From: Tubulanus polymorphus
Lineage: Eukaryota > Animalia > Nemertea
DNA: 64,000 nucleotides
Assembly: GCF_964204645.1 (NCBI RefSeq)
Contig: NC_134032.1
Coordinates: forward strand, 13,504,275 to 13,568,274
Reading direction: 5' to 3'
In this document: one piece after another, positions 11,671 through 21,745 of the stretch
How positions within the stretch are numbered: position 1 is the first letter of the stretch
Layout of the letters: the number at the start of each line of letters is the position of its first letter
The notes under the pieces: generated by a model
The model's input: only the letters and a program-made list of their open reading frames with translations
Databases searched by the model: none
Told to the model about the DNA's origin: nothing
Program-made: the position numbers and the translations under genes

Positions 11671-12876
11671 TTCGCTGCTGTGAGAAAAAAGGTCTGATGA
11701 CTGTTTGATGGCCGTGGGGAGAGAAGGAGCAGGAGTCTGTTTGTTTTTGCTTTAGCCTGTCTCTTCTGATCTTGGTTTGCCACGACTAACCCTATTGGAT
11801 TGAACATTTAACCTCATAACGGGACCAAAGCCTTTGATGTGTTGCCTGCATGCTGTTGTAGCTGTAAGAGCCAAGACTCAAACCCGCCTGTCACTCAGCA
11901 CAGATGGAAGGCTAGACGTAGAGAAAGGACCAGTCTCCAATAGAAAGTAGTGTCTTGCCGTTTCACTTGGTTCTCCGACTGGGTTGGGGGTTATCTGGTA
12001 AGGTCGACCCATGTCTGAATGTCACACATCTCTACAAAATTGTTTTTGGGAAAAACGGCTGGATACAAGACTAGGTCGACCCGAGGACTTATGCGAAAGC
12101 CCGAGCCGAGCGAGTGGAGTGGCGAGTTGTGCCTGTGGTGGGTGGATAAAGGAAAGTCGGATTTAATGCCGAGAAAGAGGTGTCCAACTCTAGGAGTTGA
12201 CTGACAGAAAACTGGAAGGTTTGAGAAGGGGTGAAGTATTAATTTTTCTTACTGATATGTTTTTATGATTAACAGATTAATTAATAATCCTTAATTAAGA
12301 GGGCGACGACGTTTCCGCAGCTAGTTCACACAGCTCTACAACCTTGAGAAAATGACTGATTTTCACCGAACAATGAGTGGTGGCAGCACTGATTGGTCAA
12401 AGTTCACTGAGTCTCACAATTTACAAAGTGGCAGCACTGGACGGTGAACGTTAAGCGAAACTCGGCTACCGGAGTCCACTGGATTCGCACGGCGTCAGCG
12501 GGTTTCCAAAATACACACTATTTCGTTTTTATGGGCAAACCCGCTTAAAGCTGATCGGCTCAATACGATTTTTTTTAATCTGGATAATATTTGCAGTCCA
12601 TTTGTTCATCAATATACAAGAAAATGGCTTTGAATCCAAAGTTCCCGTTTAGCGGATTGAACTAGTGTGTGTGTTAGTCCCAAATGATCCGAATTAGGTG
12701 GATTCTACTAAATACCTTTATCGTCATCAACATGGCCCGGATGCAATGGCAATAATGATTGGCATAGAAAAGTGAATCGGTGGCATCATCGGTTTCGGAA
12801 TTTCCGCCTGGTTTTGATTTACCGAAAACATCATCACGAGTCACTCTGAGTGGGCTTACTCGACCGAATGAGCAAC

Positions 12877-13011
12877 GTTCGATGTCCGGGTAACGACCAA
12901 ACTAAATGGTCGTATGACTTAGTTTGGGTGAGAACTGATGCGACTGTTTACCCAGGAGCATATGGAGCTATTGGTATATGGAACGGGAAAACGCCAATTC
13001 CCGCTGGATAA
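12877..13011 (+). pseudogene. Relic C-terminal fragment of the neighbouring FkbM-type methyltransferase
   Basis: Translates VRCPGNDQTKWSYDLVWVRTDATVYPGAYGAIGIWNGKTPIPAG*, versus ARCPGNDHTKWPYDVVWVRTDATVYPGAYEAIRIWNGKPRVPAG* of the 16177-17202 gene. Similarity ends upstream, with an in-frame TGA at 12847. Confidence 0.85.
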
Positions 13012-13805
13012 GTTCCGTTCTGGGTGACGGACTGACACGTGCTAATATCTTTGGCGCGCTCTTGGCGTTGTCAAGCTGGATTATACCCATCGTTCATAAT
13101 CAAGAAACGACATCGAAGTTTTCACCAACATTTATTGGCAAGAACGTGTTTTGTTTTGGTATTTCTAGTGTAGGGGACGCGTTCTCCGACTGTATGTCCG
13201 CGGCCTCTGGGGCTTTGAAGCTATTCTCAGAACTAAAAACCTGTCATGCCATGCCATACCATATTACTGAAATCTGTGCTTGGTTTTTATGCAAAAATAA
13301 TCGTATTCTAAAGGATGAAAATCTATTGTTAACTTTCATGATCGGATTATAGCTTTCAAATTTAGAATGCGTGCCAAATCATATGTGTATATGCAGGACA
13401 CGAGGAATACCCGTAAGTCGAACCGCGCACTCTCGTCACGCACAATCAGTGGATTCAATATCCTCGACCTGCCTACGTCCAGTCCCAAGATTTGATACAC
13501 TTCGCCGGCGAAACGCAATCTTAACTCAGTACTCAATGAACTACGAGAAATAAGGTAACTATTTCCATCGGTTTTTCGTGCGCATCCAAAAGCCTTTGAA
13601 ATTTCAAAACCCATAATGCATAATTTCATTCAGGCCTGATAAACATGTGCCGTTGCGATGGTAAACACTGCAATATTTACAGGATATTGTTTGAATTATA
13701 GATTTATTCTCTCGCGCTGACCATACGTTGACTCGTTATTCTGACCACTACTGGAGTATAGACTAATCGCAACTCGAATCATATCATATCTCACCTATTC
13801 GGAAA

Positions 13806-14876
13806 ATGCGGCAAATCGGTTTAATCTTTTCTATTATCGGTTTAAGCGTTGTTTTGATAGTGACAGGATTTATTGCAACCCGCTGGCGCTACGTAGGATC
13901 AACGTCATCCGGAAGAGTCCTCGCTTACGGCGCATCTTCAAACTTTCTGACAAACGTTGAACGCCAACGACGGCCATATCCTTCAAAACTGCCAGCGCCG
14001 GAAGTGATAAAGTTCCCGCAGAATCCATTTCCGGTAATGACTGTCTGGTTTATGGGTCGCACTGGTAACTTGATGTTCCAATACGCGGCGCTGTGTGCTA
14101 TTTCTAAACACTATGACGTCATACCGGTCATTCCGGTTGATTTCAAACTAGCGACGGCTTTCGAATTGACAGCGCCTTCTATAACGATCAAAGCAGACAG
14201 CATCAAAACCGTCCTCGGAGAAAAAAGCGCGGGTAAATTCGATCCCGGGACTCGTGATTTACGTAAGAAAATCAGCGGTGTGTTCGCCAGCCGTATCTGG
14301 GGTTATTTACAGTCGTGGAAATATTTTCAAAATGAAACCGACGAAATTCGTAAACAATTCACGTTCCGAAAACACATAAAAATGGCCGCCGAAAATTTCG
14401 TACAGCGTAGCGCGTACAATCTTTCATTGCTCACTAGCGCCAAAATTACGACTATCGGCATACATATAAGACGCGGCGATACTACGACGTCAAAACACTT
14501 ATCAGATATGGGTTACGTCACAGTTCCGGTCAGCTATATAGAAAATGCGATGGACCGTATGACGTCATTGTACGGTGAAAACGTACTGTTTATTGTTGCC
14601 TCAGATGATATTCCGTGGTGCGAGAAAAACGTACCCAGAAAAAATGTGAATGTGGTTTTTTCTAAAGCGAAAGACCCGGCTTTAGATCTTGCTATATTGT
14701 CATCCTGCGATCACGTGATCATTTCGACTGGTTCGTTCGGTTGGTGGGCGGCCTGGTTAGCAAATGGAACGACCATATATTACAAGGATTGGCCGCGAGA
14801 AAATTCGACACTGGCACGAGAGTTCAGTCATGAGGATTATTTTCCGCCGTATTGGATCGGTTTATCCGGAAAGTGA
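13806..14876 (+). CDS. Alpha-1,2-fucosyltransferase (glycosyltransferase family 11), single coding exon
   Basis: 356-aa ORF with N-terminal type II signal anchor and GT11 motifs GRTGNLMFQYA, GYLQSWKYF, GIHIRRGD, DLAILSSCDHVIISTGSFGWWAAWL. Confidence 0.95.
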   Translation: MRQIGLIFSIIGLSVVLIVTGFIATRWRYVGSTSSGRVLAYGASSNFLTNVERQRRPYPSKLPAPEVIKFPQNPFPVMTVWFMGRTGNLMFQYAALCAISKHYDVIPVIPVDFKLATAFELTAPSITIKADSIKTVLGEKSAGKFDPGTRDLRKKISGVFASRIWGYLQSWKYFQNETDEIRKQFTFRKHIKMAAENFVQRSAYNLSLLTSAKITTIGIHIRRGDTTTSKHLSDMGYVTVPVSYIENAMDRMTSLYGENVLFIVASDDIPWCEKNVPRKNVNVVFSKAKDPALDLAILSSCDHVIISTGSFGWWAAWLANGTTIYYKDWPRENSTLAREFSHEDYFPPYWIGLSGK

Positions 14877-15335
14877 AAGATCCTGTTTCCGGTTAGGGGG
14901 CGCCAGTCTTGACTCGATACGTCCAGCTCAGACGCAGAATTAATTTCTAAAATTTCTAGATGGTAACATTCCATATTCCCTAAATTCTCTAGGTTTCGAC
15001 TTTCTAGTCATCTCAGTTTAAGATTTGCCGCGGCGTTATAATTTTGTTCAATCAAGGAAATTTGATTTTCCTTAGCGTTTTTGGTTTTTGTGATCTGAAC
15101 TCAGTGTGAGTTTCATCTGTCAATACTTGAAAAGAATCTCTGTGTCGTCATTCTTAATTCCCAGAATATTTTTCATATCATCTCAATTTTAAGCACATGT
15201 AGTGAAATAAAAAAAGGTTCAGTCATAGTTGTTACATTAATTTCTACTTGCATCAGTTTCTTCATAGCAGGTTTAGGAAATCTTTCAGGCGGCTTCAGTG
15301 TCTTAATCAGCAGGACTCAATAGACGTACACCTTA

Positions 15336-15498
15336 GGGGTCATTCATTTATTACGTACGCATTAGGGGAGGGGAGGGGTCAGTGCAATTGCGTACTGTAA
15401 TGCTTAATGTATACGAAAAAATGGCCGATTTTGCGTACAGAGGGGGAGGGGGGTTGAAAAATTCAAATTTTATGCGTACGTAATAAATGAATGATCCC
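15336..15498. mobile_element. Harbinger/Tourist-like MITE with TTA TSD
   Basis: TTA|GGGGTCATTCATTTATTACGTACGCA...TGCGTACGTAATAAATGAATGATCCC|TTA; shorter relative at about 30346-30433. Confidence 0.75.
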
Positions 15499-16176
15499 TT
15501 ACCAATCGTCGTCGACAGTTTTATCTTGAAATTAGCGGCCAGCAAAAAGAAAAACATTGTTGACTTTTTACGAATTGCAGTGCGATTGTTTGCTACTTTG
15601 ATGTCTCAATGCTCTGATAGGGCTTCAAATCAATTTCTCAGGGGAGGGCCTCCGACCCAAAACACGAATTCCTCGCAACAGAACGATGATGACGACGAAC
15701 GCGATGATGTATTACACAAGTTAATTTCTTACCACAGATTTTCTAAAATTTCAAAATACAAAGAACACAATCTCTGCGCAATAACTTTCTTAAAGTTTCT
15801 TAACAACAAACAAGTGAATTTCCCCTGCTGGTACACGCGTATATATTAACATTAAATTAATTCAAATTATTGTAACAGCCTGTAAGATAATTTGATTGTT
15901 TATTTCAAGTTATCCAGTCGTTCGGAACTTCCTCGGCCACATAAGAATGTTTTGCCTTACTTTTTGTTACGACGCCCTGACTGTACAGTCGGGGAACACG
16001 TTTCCACAACAGAAAAAAAACCTATATCTACATGTAGTTCTCTGTACAGCGCGGCAATATAGAACAAACAAAAATATTCGTGCCGAAAATCGTGAATAGA
16101 AGAGTTCTATGGAAACTTCAAATATGTTTTCGCTGTATAAAATGACAACGTCAAATGCGCGAAGAGAGACTCTTGA

Positions 16177-17202
16177 TTATCCAGCGGGAACTCGTGGCTT
16201 TCCGTTCCATATACGAATAGCTTCATATGCTCCAGGGTAAACGGTGGCATCAGTTCTCACCCAAACTACGTCATACGGCCATTTAGTGTGGTCGTTACCC
16301 GGACATCGAGCGCCGTTCAGAGCGGTTTGAAAACATTGATAGCCCAGTTTATACATCAGCGCTACCATACGATTACCAGTCTCTCCTAACTTAACCATCA
16401 CCCATTCCATTTGTATAAAGGGTATATCTACAACTTTCAATAACCCATCGAGATTTCGAAAAGCCTTGTACTCGTAACCCTGAATATCGATCTTAATCAT
16501 AGCTCGTTTGAATTTTATCAACGGTATCAAATCTGTCACTAGAATCGTTCTAACTTGAAACTTCACTGCGGCGTTATAACCATAGGTTAAATTCAAATTG
16601 CTATCGGTAAGGTATGAACCGCCGTTGTTGCTGTGATGTTGATGAAACGTTGCTTCTGTTCTAGCGTCCGATAAACCGTTCTGTACCAAAACCGCGCCGG
16701 TCAGATGGCCTTTATGAATCGACATTCTGATTCGGCGCAGATTCCCCGCTTTAGGATCGACCGCAACGACTTTACGACCGCTTTTTAGCGCCGTTACCGT
16801 AAAAGCGCCGACATTCGATCCGAAATCGAATAGGTTCAAATTCGGGTCGCGACGGAAAAGTTCTTCCATAAGTCCGGTTATGTGGGGTTCCCAGGAGCCT
16901 TGGTCCAGTAGAGTAGCCGATACGACGTTGTCAACTGTCCTGTTGTAAACGCAGATAGGTGTCACCCCTGCATATCTGGTTTTAAGCGAGGTACAGGGAA
17001 TAACAGGCGTGTCCGGTTCCCGGGTGTCAACAGGATAGACGATCACTTCCGATGACTTGCTCATGACGAATTTGTAAACTTCACCGGCGAATGAATGTTT
17101 GGTCATTCCGAACGCGTCGAAATGTGCGTAGGATAACACTAGAAATCCCACGGCTAAAACACTGGCGGTGATCGCGCAGATCTTCAGCGCTGAAATTCCA
17201 AC
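16177..17202 (-). CDS. FkbM-family (Methyltransf_21) SAM-dependent methyltransferase with N-terminal membrane anchor, main exon
   Basis: Acceptor ttttccgacag| at 17203/17202 (phase 0); hydrophobic anchor ICAITASVLAVGFLVL; motifs GSWEP, FDFGSNVGAFT, VVAVDP, IKIDIQGYE. The first coding exon is uncertain; one phase-0 candidate is 19302-19243 (MGRSFSFWQHLGFSQGIELQ|gtaaga). Confidence 0.88.
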   Translation of the reverse strand, partial: VGISALKICAITASVLAVGFLVLSYAHFDAFGMTKHSFAGEVYKFVMSKSSEVIVYPVDTREPDTPVIPCTSLKTRYAGVTPICVYNRTVDNVVSATLLDQGSWEPHITGLMEELFRRDPNLNLFDFGSNVGAFTVTALKSGRKVVAVDPKAGNLRRIRMSIHKGHLTGAVLVQNGLSDARTEATFHQHHSNNGGSYLTDSNLNLTYGYNAAVKFQVRTILVTDLIPLIKFKRAMIKIDIQGYEYKAFRNLDGLLKVVDIPFIQMEWVMVKLGETGNRMVALMYKLGYQCFQTALNGARCPGNDHTKWPYDVVWVRTDATVYPGAYEAIRIWNGKPRVPAG

Positions 17203-18654
17203 CTGTCGGAAAAAAGACAAAAATCGATGTAACAAGTACGTGTAGGCCTACATTTTTAACAACAAGGGCCGAATCAAGACCATTTTGACCTATGGGTGTC
17301 TATGTCTGGGTAGGCATCGTGTGATCGAGAAAATATTAAATGTTGGAAAATTCTGTTTCAGAAAGAAATGTTCACCGGCGTTTTATTCAGTGAATTCCTA
17401 TCCGAAATTCGATATATGGTGTTATATTCGGCGATTCCGGTTGCCCTAGTGAGTTTTTTTTATCGTACAATCTAACTTTGAATGATCATATTGTGGACTT
17501 TTAAAATGGGGTCTTAACCAGTAATCACAATCAGCCGTGTCTGGTGCGTGGTGTGTGCGTGGCCACGTGGTGAAAGAGAAAATCACCGATGACAACGCTT
17601 TGCCTCGCTACTTTGAAGATCCCTTAAAACAACAACTCTCTTAAAGATGATGCGATGAATAAGTTCAGCTTCGTAACATGTTTAAAAATATATCTTTTTT
17701 CGAATTGTTTACCTTCGACATTTTTCGATCGTTTCGATTTGTGAATTTGAACGATGTCTCCGCGCGGCACGATCTTACTCATCGCAATCGGGTGTAGTAC
17801 GATAAACGCGCGTTGTGTTCGAATCCCGCATTCGGAGCTCGGGCTGCAGGGATGGTCTTGACCATCTTCACCCGTCAAGGGATTCGAACCCACTACGCTA
17901 AAGCTGTTCCCCGAAGGTGGTGGAAGCGAGTTCGGGAGTGATACCGGACCCCTGGCAAGCGAGGATGGGTTTTGCCATGCGAGTAATAAATTAGTTCACA
18001 ATTCCACCGCTAATCGTTTATATAGTGGCAGCATGCGACGGTCAAGAACTTTCGTTTTAATTTGGATATCATTTGAACAATGGCGAGCGAGGCTGTCCTT
18101 CACTGTTCCCACTCCTAAACGCGCCCAGACAAAAACTCGAGAAAACCCATTAAATTTATGTATAGCTATAAAACAATAATATTTTATTTAACATATGTCA
18201 TATTTATTTGTACCTACAAAATAAAATAGCGTTCTCTAATATTTGAAATACGGGTTTAACTCGTTTTCATAAGCGACTGAAAAAATGCTGGTCATCATCA
18301 GAGTACGAAAATTGTGAACAATTTTTTTTTCACCAAACGAAAATACGATTTTCCAGCGTGTTTTAAAACATCTCGCTACGAGGGAGAAAAACAATCGTTC
18401 CCCGAAGAAAGAATGTACCTTTAAAAATTCTCACATAAATTATTTACTGTGAATCTATGCTGCAAAAATGTCCTGCATGTTGTCATAGAATCGAATATTC
18501 AAAAAAAAGGAATTCATCAAACGTTAACGGATGTCTCAAAAAAGTAAACGCCAAAAAAAGCTCAAGATAATGAAATTGATACAAAAATCTGATTTCACAT
18601 TCGAATGAACTGCTGCTAATTCGCTGCGGTTCTAATCGAATAGTTAAATTTACA

Positions 18655-18931
18655 AAATAGAAGCAACTAAATGATAAATGAAGAAATCCCACACTTCGAA
18701 TTTAAAATTATACGATTAAATTTATTCTTACGAAACCACAACGTTTCGGCTGTTGACTAACAGCCATCATCATTCCACCTGATGATGGCTGATAGTCAAC
18801 AGCCGAAACGTTGTGGTTTCATAATAATAAATTTAATCGTATAATTTTAAATTCGAAGTGTGGGATTTCTTCATTTATCTACAGTTTACACGGATTATAG
18901 TGTTTATTCGACAACTAAATAGAAGCAACTA
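18655..18931 (+). mobile_element. Palindromic Penelope-like/retrozyme-type element with an intact minimal hammerhead ribozyme motif and 15-bp TSD
   Basis: TSD AAATAGAAGCAACTA (18655-18669, 18917-18931); 100-bp inverted arms 18673-18772 and 18780-18879; tail TACACGGATTATAGTGT resembles the tail of the 10935-11225 element. Confidence 0.8.
18775..18816 (+). ncRNA. Minimal type-I hammerhead ribozyme
   Basis: CCAC-CTGATGA-T-GGCTG[ATAGTCAA]CAGCC-GAA-ACGT-T-GTGG: stem I CCAC/GTGG, stem II GGCTG/CAGCC, palindromic ACGT in place of stem III, cleavage triplet GUU. Confidence 0.75.
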
Positions 18932-19786
18932 TTTTACAAATATCGGTAAATAAACCATGCAATTAATTTGTGTAATAATCAACAAAGCTCTCTGATAAAA
19001 AGACCTTTCGAACCAGTGCCATTTACCGAAGATGCTTTTATCATTTGCGATATCGTTTCATCGATATTTGCAGTAACGATATAAACGCAGTCGACAGTAA
19101 AAGCCAATGGGAACGCCGAATTAAAGAAATCAATCTATCTCGGCATGCTAGTAATGTTTTTCATCACTTCGAAAAGTTTTAAAATGTTGCCACTGGAAAA
19201 TAGGCAAATGTATCGCGATGTCACAGATTTGGCATTTCTTACTTGTAGTTCTATGCCTTGACTAAAACCCAAATGCTGCCAAAAAGAAAATGACCGCCCC
19301 ATCGAAATAACCTCAATAAGTTATCATTAATCAAGGACTCTCACAAAATCGTGTCCATAAATCTCCCTATGACATCACGAAATAACCTTTATGTACATAT
19401 AACCAGAAAAGAAAAGATGGCTGCCTGCATAAATCCTCCTTAATGACATCATCACATATAGCCAACGGTAAGATATTATTCATTAGATATTAACTTGGAG
19501 AACATCGTAAACAGGTTTCGAAATGGCGATGATCTCTCATAAGGGAATTACGTGGTGGAACTGGTTGAATTTGAGAACACTTGAGAAATTTAGATAAATT
19601 TCGAAAAATTTCTTATTGCTACCCGGACAAAATCTTTTTTCCCTATCGGGCAGAAGAAACGCTGCGCTTTTTGTTTTTCTTTTTTAAACATAAATTCTCT
19701 TTAAAATATAACAGAGAGGTGTCAAACAGAACAAATTTACTACTGTACAACCTTTCTTTATGTATTAACAAAGTCCAGCTCGAGCC

Positions 19787-20133
19787 CGGGCGGGGTATAC
19801 CCAGTCCGGATACCAGACAATCTAAGGGTCCGGGCGGGGTATACCCAGTCTGAATACCAGACAATCTAAGGGTCCGGGCGGGGTATACCCAGTCTGAATA
19901 CCTGACAATCTAAGGGTCCGGGCGGGGTATACCCCGTCTGAATACCAGACAATCTAAGGGTCCGGGCGGGGTATGCCCCGTCTGAATACCAGACAATCTA
20001 AGGGTCCGGGCGGGGTATGCCCCGTCTGAATACCAGACAATCTAAGGGTCCGGGCGGGGTATGCCCCGTCTGAATACCAGACAATCTAAGGGTCCGGGCG
20101 GGGTATACCCCGTCTGAATACCAGACAATCTAA
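19787..20133. repeat. 44-bp minisatellite, about 8 copies
   Basis: Unit gggtccgggcggggtatacccagtctgaataccagacaatctaa. Confidence 0.95.
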
Positions 20134-20237
20134 GCCGTAAGCCGTACTTTGGGAACCACGCCCCAGATTGGCAACGCTCGGTCAAAATTTACCTCTACTC
20201 GTTTAAAACACAGAAATTGAGAATCATTTCTAGAGTC

Positions 20238-20519
20238 CATGGTTCCCACAGTTATACGAATTCAAAATTCCCAAGTATTTCATGGGTGATTTTTCAATTT
20301 TCCCAAATGGAAATGAACACATATCGTCATGCTACAGTCAAAATTTTAGCGGTGACTGGTTGATCAAGGTGATTTTCAAGGGAAATTGCTGAAGAAAGTT
20401 GCCCTTGGCAAATGCAATATGTTAAATGTAATGAATTTCCCAAGTATTTCCCTGATTTGAGGAAAATTTTTTTCAAATTCCCAAGTTTTTCCCAATTTTC
20501 CTGTTCTGTGGGAACCATG
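20238..20519. mobile_element. Non-autonomous TIR element with 6-bp TSD (AGAGTC)
   Basis: AGAGTC|CATGGTTCCCACAG...CTGTGGGAACCATG|AGAGTC; related copy at about 24283-24602. Confidence 0.8.
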
Positions 20520-20820
20520 AGAGTCAAAACTTAACCACAAAGTGTTGAATAAGGTCTAGGAAATGATAGCTTACTGCAGGATGCATTTACCCTCATACGG
20601 AGATCGATACCTTGCAGGACAGTTCTATTGCTGATCACGTTTTCAAGACTGTGCCTTAAATCTGCATTCCAGATGATATCTAAAATGGGTTAACCTTCCC
20701 TCAGGAAAACAACCCTTAAATACAAATGTCAAATGTACACTATACTAGCCCAGAGACCTTTCTATTCGATGAACCAGCATTACGAAGCCTAGAATTTTCA
20801 TAACCGTCTTTTTTTTTCAT

Positions 20821-20851
<31 letters not shown>

Positions 20852-21745
20852 CACAATCAACATAATATTCGCCGGTATATTTGTTAACGAATTTTCAACG
20901 AATCAGATTTTGTTTTATTATACCTAAGAATAGTAATAATAATTATTATAATCCATTACTATTTACAACGATGAAATTTAAATGCAATATCTGATATTTC
21001 GTAAATATCTTTTTGATGGTTAGGTTACACCGCAATGAATCGGTAAACCCTCGCTTTCTCGCGTAGAACCGCACCAATTCCCGTTACCGAGTCCAGTCCG
21101 TCGGTGCCCCACTTCGGTTCAATTCGTTGGTAGGCAACCTTCTTCTTGGTTAACCGAAGTTCCTGCACTGATTTTTGGATGCAGCAAATTTGCTTCGAAC
21201 TCACTCACTTCAAGAGTACAATATCCAAAATTTTCTCCCCCTCCAATAAGATAGTCAGGTAGACGAATTCAATCAAACTGAAGAATGCAAATCAAATATT
21301 CTCTTGTTTTTTTTTCCACATTTTAGGATTTTAAGATTGTCCGAATCAGACGAGGTTAACTGTATTCTTACACGGATATTTTTGAGTACCCAAATATTTC
21401 CCCACTTTGTCTCGCGTATTTCAAACGATACGGCGACTTTAAACCAGACTCAAAGCTCGTCACCCAAAACTGTCGTATTCATCTTTCTCAAAACGAACCC
21501 GCGATAAACTGTCATTTTCGGTATCGTAGTTTAAATCGTGCGATACTTTCAGATCGTACGGAGATTAATATCCCTCCATCACTCGGATATATCCCTCTCG
21601 CATGCAGCCGTCACTTCAACACTCGCGCCTTTCCGTAGAAACCCTCGAAAAAACAATGTTATAACCGACGAATCGCGCGGAGATCCGACCCGCATACGTA
21701 CACTCGTTTCTCAAAACGTCTAAATCGTCGTCGCCGCGACGACTC

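Noticed and set aside
13806-17202. Recent bacterial horizontal transfer of the GT11/FkbM pair
   Set aside because: Both have eukaryotic type II anchors, the FkbM gene has a spliceosomal acceptor, and both families are common in invertebrates; nothing in the sequence supports recent transfer.
17713-17782. Candidate first coding exon (MSKIVPRG...) for the FkbM gene
   Set aside because: Its donor is phase 1 while the main exon needs phase 0; it may be a UTR exon or uORF.
17870-17900. B-box-like GGTTCGAATCC (also GGTTCGAGTCC near 55677-55695) suggesting tRNA genes
   Set aside because: No cloverleaf could be folded; at most decayed SINE heads.
19787-20133. Regular repeat array superficially like CRISPR
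   Set aside because: Head-to-tail units with no unique spacers, eukaryotic context and no cas genes; the same applies to 42033-42585.
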